The position numbers and the translations under genes are program-made. Below, one piece after another: positions 1 to 7,994 of a DNA stretch of 64,000 bases; the stretch's first letter is position 1, and the number at the start of each line of letters is the position of its first letter. Under the pieces are notes generated by a model, which worked only from the letters and a program-made list of their open reading frames with translations, made no database searches and had not been told where the DNA came from. Source of the DNA: an uncultured Pseudomonadota bacterium (GTDB taxonomy: Bacteria > Pseudomonadota > Alphaproteobacteria > RF32 > CAG-239); NCBI GenBank assembly GCA_949292375.1, contig CASEZG010000009.1, forward strand, positions 4,766 through 68,765, given 5' to 3'.

Positions 1-1814
1 CTTCTAAGGGCGATGGCACTTCTTTGGAAGAAAAATGGCCGCACCTTTACAAAGAGTTGGTTGATGTTCGTAACAACCTTGAAGCTCACTACAAAGATAT
101 GCAGGATATGGAGTTCACCATTGAACACGGCAAACTTTGGATGTTGCAATGCCGTAACGGTAAACGTACCGCTCAGGCTGCCGTTCGTATGGCTGTTGAA
201 ATGGTTGAAGAAGGCCTGTTGAACAAAGAAGAAGCTATTATGCGCGTTGGTGCTGACCAACTTGACCAGTTGTTGCACCCGATGCTTGACCCGAAAGCTC
301 CGAAGAAAGTTATTGCTACCGGTTTGCCGGCTTCTCCGGGTGCTGCCGTTGGTCGTGCCGTATTTAATGCCGAAGATGCTGAAGCTTGGGCTGCTAAGGG
401 CGAAAAAGTTATTCTTATCCGTAACGAAACTAGCCCTGAAGATATTGGTGGTATGCACGCTTCTCAGGGTGTTATTACTGCTCGCGGTGGTATGACATCT
501 CACGCAGCCGTTGTTGCTCGTGGTATGGGTACTCCTTGCGTTTCCGGTTCTCATGACATTGTCATCAGCTACAAAGACAAGACAATGACAACTAAGTCCG
601 GCGTTGTTGTTAAAGAAGGTGATTGGGTATCCTTGGATGGCGGTAAAGGCCAGATTATTGAAGGTCAGGTTCCGACTGTTAAGGCTGACACCAACACCGG
701 TAACTTCGGTAAGTTGATGGGTTGGGTTGACGAAATCCGTACAATGGAAGTTCGCGCTAACGCTGAAACTCCGAAAGATGCTCAGACAGCTCGTGATTTC
801 GGTGCTCAGGGTATCGGTTTGGCTCGTACAGAACATATGTTCTTTGATGCTGACAGAATTCCGGATATGCGCGCTATGATCTTGTCTGACAACGAAGAAG
901 GTCGTCGTGCCGCTTTGGCTCGTTTGTTGCCTTACCAGAAACAAGACTTCAAAGACTTGTTCAAAATTATGGAAGGTATGCCGGTTGTTATCCGTTTGTT
1001 GGATCCTCCGCTCCATGAGTTCTTGCCGCATACAGATGCTGAAATGCAGGAATTGGCTGACAAGATGGGTATGACCTTGCAACAAGTTAAGAATCGCGCT
1101 AATTCTTTGCATGAAGCTAACCCGATGCTTGGTCACCGTGGTTGCCGTTTGCCGATTACTTATCCTGAAATCTGCGAAATGCAGACACGTGCTATCTTGG
1201 AAGCTGCTATTGAATGCGCTGACAACGGTATCAAGGTTGTTCCTGAAATTGAAGTTCCGTTGACAGGTTCTAAGAAAGAGCTCGACATCGTTAAAGACAT
1301 TATCGACACAACAGCCGAGAAAGTCTTTGCCGAGAAGGGTAAGAAGATTAAGTATGAAGTCGGTTCTATGATTGAGTTGCCGCGTGCTGCCTTGAAGGCT
1401 GACGAGTTGGCTCAGTCTGCTGAGTTCTTCGGCTTTGGTACAAACGACTTGACCCAAACAACTTTGGGTATGAGCCGTGATGATACCGGTGCTATCTTGG
1501 ATGAATATCGCGCTCGCGGTGTTTATGTTGCTGATCCGTTCGCATCTATCGATGTTGAAGGTGTTGGCTGCTTGGTTAAGATGGCTTGCCAGAAAGCTCG
1601 TTGCTCTAATCCGAACATCTGGTTGGGTGTTTGCGGTGAGCATGGTGGTGATCCGGCATCTATCGATTTCTTCCAGACTTGTGGCATGAATTATGTTTCT
1701 TGCTCTCCGTTCCGTGTACCTGTTGCACGTTTGGCTGCTGCTCAAGCTGCAGTTCGTCATAAGAACGACAAGAAGGAAGAGAGTGGTAATTGCTGCTGCA
1801 AAAAGTCAGCTTAA
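1..1814 (+). CDS. ppdK: pyruvate, phosphate dikinase, C-terminal ~600 aa (5' end outside window)
   Basis: Frame is open to the window start. Phospho-His swivel motif GGMTSHAAVVARGMG. PEP-utilising barrel motifs GLARTEHMFF, NPMLGHRGCR, GFGTNDLTQ, CGEHGGDP. Unusual tail ...GNCCCKKSA. Confidence 0.95.
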   Translation, partial: SKGDGTSLEEKWPHLYKELVDVRNNLEAHYKDMQDMEFTIEHGKLWMLQCRNGKRTAQAAVRMAVEMVEEGLLNKEEAIMRVGADQLDQLLHPMLDPKAPKKVIATGLPASPGAAVGRAVFNAEDAEAWAAKGEKVILIRNETSPEDIGGMHASQGVITARGGMTSHAAVVARGMGTPCVSGSHDIVISYKDKTMTTKSGVVVKEGDWVSLDGGKGQIIEGQVPTVKADTNTGNFGKLMGWVDEIRTMEVRANAETPKDAQTARDFGAQGIGLARTEHMFFDADRIPDMRAMILSDNEEGRRAALARLLPYQKQDFKDLFKIMEGMPVVIRLLDPPLHEFLPHTDAEMQELADKMGMTLQQVKNRANSLHEANPMLGHRGCRLPITYPEICEMQTRAILEAAIECADNGIKVVPEIEVPLTGSKKELDIVKDIIDTTAEKVFAEKGKKIKYEVGSMIELPRAALKADELAQSAEFFGFGTNDLTQTTLGMSRDDTGAILDEYRARGVYVADPFASIDVEGVGCLVKMACQKARCSNPNIWLGVCGEHGGDPASIDFFQTCGMNYVSCSPFRVPVARLAAAQAAVRHKNDKKEESGNCCCKKSA

Positions 1815-1845
1815 TTAAAAGCCGCTCTATGGGCTTCTAATACAG

Positions 1846-2163
1846 AAAAAGTCCTTTTAGGCTAAGTTACGTACTTTGATGTACGCGCCTGTCGCCTAAA
1901 AGGCTTTTTCTTATTATAATCCTCATATATCGGCTTTTGTTTTTTTTGAGGGGAGCTCTCTTTTTTCTTATTATTTCGCTCATTCTCCAGAGTTTTTGTG
2001 TAAAAAATAAGTCCTTTTAGGCTAAGTTACGTACTTTGATGTATGCGCCTGTCGCCTAAAAGGCTTTTTCTTATTATAATCCTCATATATCGGCTTTTGT
2101 TTTTTTGAGGGAGCTCTCTTTTTTCTTATTATTCCGCTCATTCTCCAGAGTTTTTGTGCAAAA
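1846..2163. repeat. tandem direct repeat, 2 copies of ~160 bp (period 160/158)
   Basis: gtccttttag at 1851 recurs at 2011 and agtttttgtg at 1991 recurs at 2149. The copies differ by a few substitutions or indels. Each copy has the hairpin CCTTTTAGGC...GCCTAAAAGG followed by a T-run, plus two ~45-bp CTTTTTTCTTATTAT..CTCAT..TTTTGT sub-repeats. Confidence 0.9.
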
Positions 2164-2263
2164 AAGTGGGTTAAATTTTTTTGAAGCCTTTTTAGGCTTC
2201 TTTTTTTAGCCTTTTTTAAATTTTGAGCGATATGTTTGCACTAGATTAAAGAAGGAGAAAAGA

Positions 2264-2818
2264 ATGAGACCTTATAATCAAGGAAATATTGATTTTTTTT
2301 GCGGAATTTATGCCGTGATTAATGCTTGCAGATATGCCGGACGAAAATATCATATTTTTAGTTTCAAAGAAGGTTGCGAATTTTATCAATATTTGATGCA
2401 GTTTTTGATTGATAAGGGTTTGATTGAAGAAGTTTTGCATAGAGGTTCTTCTTTTGAAATTATGCAGATGTATTTGGAAGAAGCTCGGAAATATATGTTA
2501 GAGCGTTATGGGTTGCGGTTGCTTTTTAAGCGGCCGTTTACTTGGCTTGATATGCCGGTTAAAAGTGCAACAAAAGTAATTGGCAAGTATTTGCGGCAGG
2601 TAAATACAGCCTCTATTATACGCTTTGAAAATAAGGACTGTGGTGATCATTGGTCTATGGTAAAATCCGTGCCATCTCATTTGAAAAAATTTATGCTGTT
2701 TGACAGCTATTTATATCCACATTTGGAAGTGGAAACTTGCCAATGGGAGAAAGGCAAAAAATGTAGTTATGTGCCGCGAGAGGGGATTATTTTTATTAAG
2801 ATTTTGCCTAAAAAATAG
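2264..2818 (+). CDS. papain-fold (C39-like) cysteine peptidase-like protein, 184 aa
   Basis: AAGGAG RBS upstream of the ATG. NQGNIDFFCGIYAVINA (Gln..Cys-Gly) and GDHWSMV...FDS (His..Asp) are spaced as in C39/papain-fold peptidases. No signal peptide and no ABC-transporter fusion. Confidence 0.5.
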   Translation: MRPYNQGNIDFFCGIYAVINACRYAGRKYHIFSFKEGCEFYQYLMQFLIDKGLIEEVLHRGSSFEIMQMYLEEARKYMLERYGLRLLFKRPFTWLDMPVKSATKVIGKYLRQVNTASIIRFENKDCGDHWSMVKSVPSHLKKFMLFDSYLYPHLEVETCQWEKGKKCSYVPREGIIFIKILPKK

Positions 2819-2944
2819 GGAAGATTTTGCTTTGTGCTTGACATTGAGAGGCGGAAGAGTAAATTTATTGCCATAGATTTATATTTTTCTAGGAGTATAT
2901 GCGTTTTTACAAAAAACATATTTTATAATTAAAGCATTATCATT

Positions 2945-3364
2945 ATGAAAAGTCTTTTATCTAAAAAAGATGCCAAAATTTTGATTGAAAAAGAATTTGG
3001 TGTCAGTGTGAAGGAAGAAGATATCCAAGTCGGACGTTTCTTCTTGGTGGACAACGAGAAAAAAGTTTCTGTTTCTCCTCATTGCGTTTGTGGAGAAGGT
3101 GCAAATGGTTTGGGCGTGTGCTTTGTGTATTATTGCGGAGATAAAGCAATTTATGTACGGGCTTTCAGCGGTAGACATGAGCGTAAGCCTGAAGTTGTAC
3201 TGAAAGAAAATTCGGAGCTTGTGCGCTATGATCAAGGTGGACATTCATTTATTGCCGATGGCGGAGAGTGGATGGTGATTGATGGTCAAATAAAAAGTGT
3301 TAAGGCTCAGTTTATGATGACCAAAATGCCGCAAAATAGACAGGGAACAGTTGTTCGCTCGTGA
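2945..3364 (+). CDS. hypothetical protein, 139 aa
   Basis: Clean ORF with no recognisable motif, followed by a hairpin terminator. Confidence 0.55.
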   Translation: MKSLLSKKDAKILIEKEFGVSVKEEDIQVGRFFLVDNEKKVSVSPHCVCGEGANGLGVCFVYYCGDKAIYVRAFSGRHERKPEVVLKENSELVRYDQGGHSFIADGGEWMVIDGQIKSVKAQFMMTKMPQNRQGTVVRS

Positions 3365-3377
3365 GATTTGATTATGA

Positions 3378-3412
3378 CAGGTTTGTTCTTTTAAGAGCAA
3401 GCCTGTTTTTTT
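3378..3412 (+). terminator. rho-independent terminator
   Basis: caggtttgttc / gagcaagcctg stem (with G-U pairs) followed by T7. Confidence 0.6.
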
Positions 3413-3427
3413 GTAAATTTAAAAATA

Positions 3428-3456
3428 TTGACAAATTTTGTCTAAAGTTGTATTTT
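3428..3456 (+). promoter_or_regulatory. candidate sigma70-type promoter
   Basis: TTGACA, 17 nt spacer, TATTTT, about 65 nt upstream of the 3521 ATG. Confidence 0.35.
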
Positions 3457-3520
3457 GGGTGACGATAAAATAAGACTATGTGATATTTATATATATGTTA
3501 AATTCCTAAAATTTTGAGTT

Positions 3521-4333
3521 ATGGAAAAGATTATTATTAGAGACCTGACTTTGCAGGCAGTTAGAAAATCAGCACAAGTAGAAAATGCGGAAGTAGAAAA
3601 TGCTGAAGTGGTGGAAAAACGCGCTTATTATAGAGAAGGGCGCAGGATGAGGCCTATAGAAAAGGTTGAATATCTGGCCAAGCATTTTGACAAATTCCTG
3701 ATGTTTAATCCGGAGTATGAACAGACAGGGCTAATGCAAATTGCAATGTCGGCAACAAAGGACGTGGGAGCATATCAGCTTGGAAATACAGAATATTTAG
3801 ATGATATGCTTGTTTCAAGAAACCCGATGCGAGGCGCAAGATATTTTGTCGCATCATTGGGAGAGGCTAGAAATTGTGCTTCTGCACACAGGCGTTTCCA
3901 GCGTTGCTTGTGTTCAGAAACCTATTTCATCACCTGTGATAAAGATGAGGTGCGCTTGGATAAGCTGCTTGGTAATAACGATTGGATGTATGCTGATCGT
4001 GTAGACCACGCATTGGAAATTGTGGTAAAAAAGCTCAGCGGACGAGTTGAAAAAAAGGCAAGTTGGTGTATCTTTTCATACAAAGAGTTTGCCAATGAAT
4101 TTGGACGTGTTGGTACATATGTTGACCGCTCAGGCCAGAAAAAATTAATCCTTTGTATGGCAAATTCCGGTACAATTGTTCCGGATATTGCCGAAGATGC
4201 AATTAAGCTCACGAAAGTAGAGCGAAACGGAGAGTATATCGACATTGTGAACCAACTGATTAGGTTCAGAATGTTATCTGATAACATTATTGGCCGTGTT
4301 AGTGCGGACAATATAGAAGAGATTGTCAGATGA
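3521..4333 (+). CDS. hypothetical protein, paralog A of a tandem pair (270 aa)
   Basis: Shares colinear blocks with the next ORF: FNPEYEQTGLMQIAMSATKDVGAY / YNPDYVQEGVIQIAVSATADQGTY, LVSRNPMRGARYFVASLG / LVSKNPRKGADFFVAGLG, LILCMANSGTIV / VLICMPNSGAIL. Confidence 0.7.
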   Translation: MEKIIIRDLTLQAVRKSAQVENAEVENAEVVEKRAYYREGRRMRPIEKVEYLAKHFDKFLMFNPEYEQTGLMQIAMSATKDVGAYQLGNTEYLDDMLVSRNPMRGARYFVASLGEARNCASAHRRFQRCLCSETYFITCDKDEVRLDKLLGNNDWMYADRVDHALEIVVKKLSGRVEKKASWCIFSYKEFANEFGRVGTYVDRSGQKKLILCMANSGTIVPDIAEDAIKLTKVERNGEYIDIVNQLIRFRMLSDNIIGRVSADNIEEIVR

Positions 4334-5043
4334 CAAAGCGAGAGTTACGCCGTCCGTTTGCGGAAAGGGTTGATGAGCTGGCGGACAATATGGATGGCTT
4401 CTTTGCGTATAATCCTGATTATGTGCAGGAAGGGGTTATCCAAATTGCAGTTTCGGCAACAGCGGATCAAGGAACGTATTTATATGCTCCTGATAAGTAT
4501 GCTGAAAACATACTGGTTTCTAAAAACCCGCGCAAAGGTGCTGATTTCTTCGTTGCCGGGCTTGGTGCTTCTCGGTTCAGAGGTGGAATGAATGTCGGTA
4601 AACGTTGCCTTTATTCCCGAACATATTATGTTTGGAAAGAAGATGGACATTATCGGCTGCAATTGCTTCTTAATAATGGAGAGCAGTTGACGGCCGGCAA
4701 GGTTGGAAAAGCATTTGATGAATTTTTGCTGCATATCAGTAAGGCTTGTGTGCAAGTCGGAACTGATGAGTGGCGGAAGTTCAGGTTAAAAGATGGATTG
4801 GACTCCTTTGGAAGAATCCGATTTTATACTGATGAGGAGGATGAGCTTTGGGTATTGATTTGTATGCCAAACTCAGGGGCAATTTTGAACTACCCAGCCT
4901 TAGATGTTGAAATCGGTGATGCTTTGAAATTGGGGGGATATTATACAACCCGCTTTTTAAGCTTCTTCGTAAATGGGGAAAATCTTAGCCCAAGTCAGAC
5001 TTTGGCGCAAAAACGCTTAAAAGATGATGGCTTGGGATTTTGA
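4330..5043 (+). CDS. hypothetical protein, paralog B of a tandem pair (237 aa)
   Basis: The ATG overlaps the upstream stop (ATGA at 4330-4333), suggesting translational coupling. Paralogous to 3521..4333. Confidence 0.7.
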   Translation: MTKRELRRPFAERVDELADNMDGFFAYNPDYVQEGVIQIAVSATADQGTYLYAPDKYAENILVSKNPRKGADFFVAGLGASRFRGGMNVGKRCLYSRTYYVWKEDGHYRLQLLLNNGEQLTAGKVGKAFDEFLLHISKACVQVGTDEWRKFRLKDGLDSFGRIRFYTDEEDELWVLICMPNSGAILNYPALDVEIGDALKLGGYYTTRFLSFFVNGENLSPSQTLAQKRLKDDGLGF

Positions 5044-5048
5044 TAAAA

Positions 5049-5094
5049 AGAGCGATGTTTCAGTTTTGAAACGTCGCTCTTTTTGTTTTTTTTT
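5049..5094 (+). terminator. rho-independent terminator
   Basis: 14-bp stem agagcgatgtttca / tgaaacgtcgctct followed by a long T-run. Confidence 0.8.
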
Positions 5095-5202
5095 GAGAGC
5101 TTTTAATATTTGCTATTGAAAAATTAATTTTTATTGCTTAAGTTAGTGCTGTATTAGTTGTTTAACAATTAAGAACATTAAACCCAATTGGAGAATATAA
5201 AA

Positions 5203-5667
5203 ATGAAAAAACTTTTAAGTTTGTTTTGCGCAATCGCTTTCTTGTCTGGTTGCTCTGCTTTCGGTTCTAACGGCGGTCTCTTCGGCGGCAGCGAATGTGA
5301 ATCTAAAGAAGCTCGTGACTTTATGGCTAATGCTGAAGACAGAGTATTCTTCGCATTTGACAGCTCTGCTCTTTCCGACAATGCTGTCGAAATCTTGAAT
5401 ACTCAGGTTAAATGGTTGAAAGACCACAAGAAAGTTAATGTCATCGTTCAAGGTTATTGCGATGAGAGAGGTACACGCGAGTACAACTTGGCTCTGGGTG
5501 AGCGTCGTGCAAATGCCGTTAAGCAATATTTGATTTCTCAAGGCATTGCTGCTGACAGAATCTCTGTCATCTCTTATGGTAAAGAGCGTCCGGCTGTTCT
5601 CGGCAACAACGAAGCTGCTTGGGCTCAGAACCGTCGTGCCGTTACTGTTGTTAAAGCTGCCAACTAA
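5203..5667 (+). CDS. pal: peptidoglycan-associated lipoprotein Pal
   Basis: GGAG RBS. Lipoprotein signal MKKLLSLFCAIAFLSGC. OmpA-like domain VFFAFDSS..., GYCDERGTREYNLALGERRANAV. Confidence 0.92.
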   Translation: MKKLLSLFCAIAFLSGCSAFGSNGGLFGGSECESKEARDFMANAEDRVFFAFDSSALSDNAVEILNTQVKWLKDHKKVNVIVQGYCDERGTREYNLALGERRANAVKQYLISQGIAADRISVISYGKERPAVLGNNEAAWAQNRRAVTVVKAAN

Positions 5668-5700
5668 TCAGCTTGCAGTAGCGTAAGAGCTATTTGAAGA

Positions 5701-5729
5701 AAAGGGTGTCGGATTGGCACCCTTTTTTG
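5701..5729 (+). terminator. rho-independent terminator
   Basis: gggtgtc..ggcaccc hairpin followed by T6. Confidence 0.65.
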
Positions 5730-5823
5730 TTAAGGTGGAAAGGATTTTTTTTGTTCTTGTGATTATGGAACTTTTATTTTATCATCTTGCAAGAAGTGGA
5801 TAATATTTTGTAGAGGTCAAAAA

Positions 5824-6675
5824 ATGAAAATGCTGAGAAATATTTTGCCCATGGTTGTGATGTTGGGTTTTGTGTCTTCGGCTCAGGCGCAGACGGGAAG
5901 TTTTGAGGAGGAGTTGGCTCAACTTCGTGAAGATGTTACTTTTTTACAAAGGCAAGTCTATAATGATAATAATAACAGTGCCGGAAATTTGGCCTCTTCT
6001 AAAAATGTGTCGGTACAGATAGGACAATTTGACGAGTTATTGCGTCAGGTTATTGGGCGTATGGATGAGTTGGAGTTCAAAATTAAAAAACTTAATGAAC
6101 GTTTGAACGTTATGAATAAAGATTTTGATGTGCGTTTTAAAATGCTTGAGGGAAAACCGATTACCTCGTCCGGTAATGGTAAATTAGAACTGCCGTCCAA
6201 GAATAAATTTGCGGCTCCGGTTGCTGAAGGTGCCCCAAAATCTATTGTTGGTGATAGTATCAAAGGTGATGAGCTTAAGCCTCTTAAAAGTTTTGATGTC
6301 AAAAACATTTATCAGGAAGGTTTAGAAGCCCTAAAGGCTGGAAATGATAAATTGGCGGAAGAAAAATTTAATACAATTCTGACCAAGTTTTCTGATGATG
6401 ATTTGGCCGGCAATGCGCAATATTGGCTCGGCGAAGTTTATTACGGTCGCAAAGATTTTACTAAGGCTGCTGTTGCTTTTGCCAAAGGCTATGAAAAATA
6501 CAAAGGTCCTAAAGGTCCGGATAGCTTGCTCAAGCTCGGAATGTCCATGCGCGAGCTCAAAAAGAATGATGAGGCTTGTGTTGCTTTCACATCTTTGCCC
6601 AAAGAATTTCCCAAGGCAGAGCCTACAATCCTAAACAGGGCTAAGAGTGAGGCGGCTAAGCTTAATTGTAAATAA
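5824..6675 (+). CDS. cpoB: Tol-Pal system protein CpoB/YbgF
   Basis: Signal peptide, N-terminal coiled coil, and a C-terminal TPR block AQYWLGEVYYGRKDFTKAAVAF...LLKLGMSM. Lies directly downstream of pal. Confidence 0.85.
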   Translation: MKMLRNILPMVVMLGFVSSAQAQTGSFEEELAQLREDVTFLQRQVYNDNNNSAGNLASSKNVSVQIGQFDELLRQVIGRMDELEFKIKKLNERLNVMNKDFDVRFKMLEGKPITSSGNGKLELPSKNKFAAPVAEGAPKSIVGDSIKGDELKPLKSFDVKNIYQEGLEALKAGNDKLAEEKFNTILTKFSDDDLAGNAQYWLGEVYYGRKDFTKAAVAFAKGYEKYKGPKGPDSLLKLGMSMRELKKNDEACVAFTSLPKEFPKAEPTILNRAKSEAAKLNCK

Positions 6676-6701
6676 AAAGTTCGTATAGTGGACAGCTAAT
6701 A

Positions 6702-6849
6702 CAGATTTTGCGAGCTGAAAAAATGCTCACGTACTTCTGTGTACGCTCCGCTTTTTTCACTCTGAAATCTTATTATCTGTCTCACTCTCCGAACTTTTGC
6801 AATACTCGTATAATGCTATGCTCATGCAGATTTTGTGAGCTGAAAAATT
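6702..6849. repeat. intergenic repeat-family copy flanked by 23-bp direct repeats
   Basis: cagattttgcgagctgaaaaaat (6702-6724) and cagattttgtgagctgaaaaatt (6827-6849) flank a core at 6729-6802. The core is ~75% identical to 25417-25490 and related to the 1846-2163 units. Confidence 0.75.
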
Positions 6850-6866
6850 TTTCTTATTAGCCGAAG

Positions 6867-7934
6867 ATGTTGAAAGAGTTTTTTGAAAAATATTTAATTG
6901 ATGATGCCATTATTGCCGTCGGGGTTTCCGGCGGCGCTGACTCTTTGGCTTTAGTGTTGCAACTAAATGCTTTTTTGCGCCCGCATGGAAGGCGTGTTGT
7001 TGCCTTGACTGTTGACCATGGCCTGCGCGAAGAATCGGCGGCTGAGGCTCAATATGTGGCGGATTTGATGACTAAGCACCAGATTGAACATCATATCCTA
7101 ATTTGGAGTGGGGAAAAGCCCAAAACCGGTATCGAGGAAGCAGCGCGAACAGCACGATATGCCTTGCTTTGTGATTGGTGCAAAGCGCATAATATTCAAA
7201 CTTTGGCGGTGGCGCATCATCTTTTGGACCAAGCCGAGACTTTTTTGATGCGTTTGCAGCGCGGCAGCGGCTTAAATGGTTTGTGCGGTATGTCTGCCGT
7301 GAGTGAAAAAAACAATATTCGTCTTATCCGCCCTTTTCTTTTGGTTCATCCCGAAAAGCTGAAAGATTATTTACGGGCAAAAAATATTGTTTGGATGGAA
7401 GATGCAAGTAATGCCTGTGATGATTATTTGCGGGTGCGGGTACGCAAGTTTTTACCCAAATTGGCAGAGACTTTGGATATTACACCTGAGCGTATTGTTG
7501 ATACGATGGAGGTTTTGGCGCGTAGTAAGGATTATTTGGAAGCGCAAACCGGCAAATTTGTAAATAAAAATGTGCGCTGGTTTGGGCTTAATGGGGCGGT
7601 CGTTTCTAAACAACAATTGGCTTTGCAACATGAGGAAATTGTTTTTCGGGTGCTTTGTTTGTTGTTGAAAAAAATTGGTTTCCGCGATTATATTCCGCGT
7701 GCGGATGATGTGTTGCGTTTGCAGAAAAGAATTTTTGAAGATACATTCCACGGTGCAACTTTAGCCGGATGCGAAATCATATCATTTCGGCAAAAATTGT
7801 GGATTGTTCCCGAGCTTAAAAATGAAGTTAAACTCTCTAAAAAAGATTGGGAGAACTTTGTGTTAAAGCATCCTGAATATGAAAAAATCGCACTTCCCCA
7901 CAAGCTGAAGCTCAGTCTTTATAAAAGCTCTTGA
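6867..7934 (+). CDS. tilS: tRNA(Ile)-lysidine synthase
   Basis: N-terminal PP-loop VGVSGGADSLAL. Position between cpoB and ftsH is typical of Alphaproteobacteria. Confidence 0.88.
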   Translation: MLKEFFEKYLIDDAIIAVGVSGGADSLALVLQLNAFLRPHGRRVVALTVDHGLREESAAEAQYVADLMTKHQIEHHILIWSGEKPKTGIEEAARTARYALLCDWCKAHNIQTLAVAHHLLDQAETFLMRLQRGSGLNGLCGMSAVSEKNNIRLIRPFLLVHPEKLKDYLRAKNIVWMEDASNACDDYLRVRVRKFLPKLAETLDITPERIVDTMEVLARSKDYLEAQTGKFVNKNVRWFGLNGAVVSKQQLALQHEEIVFRVLCLLLKKIGFRDYIPRADDVLRLQKRIFEDTFHGATLAGCEIISFRQKLWIVPELKNEVKLSKKDWENFVLKHPEYEKIALPHKLKLSLYKSS

Positions 7935-7994
7935 GTTTTCGCTAAATCCTCCCTATATATGAATCAGCTTTAATTTGAAACTTTGTAAGGAATC

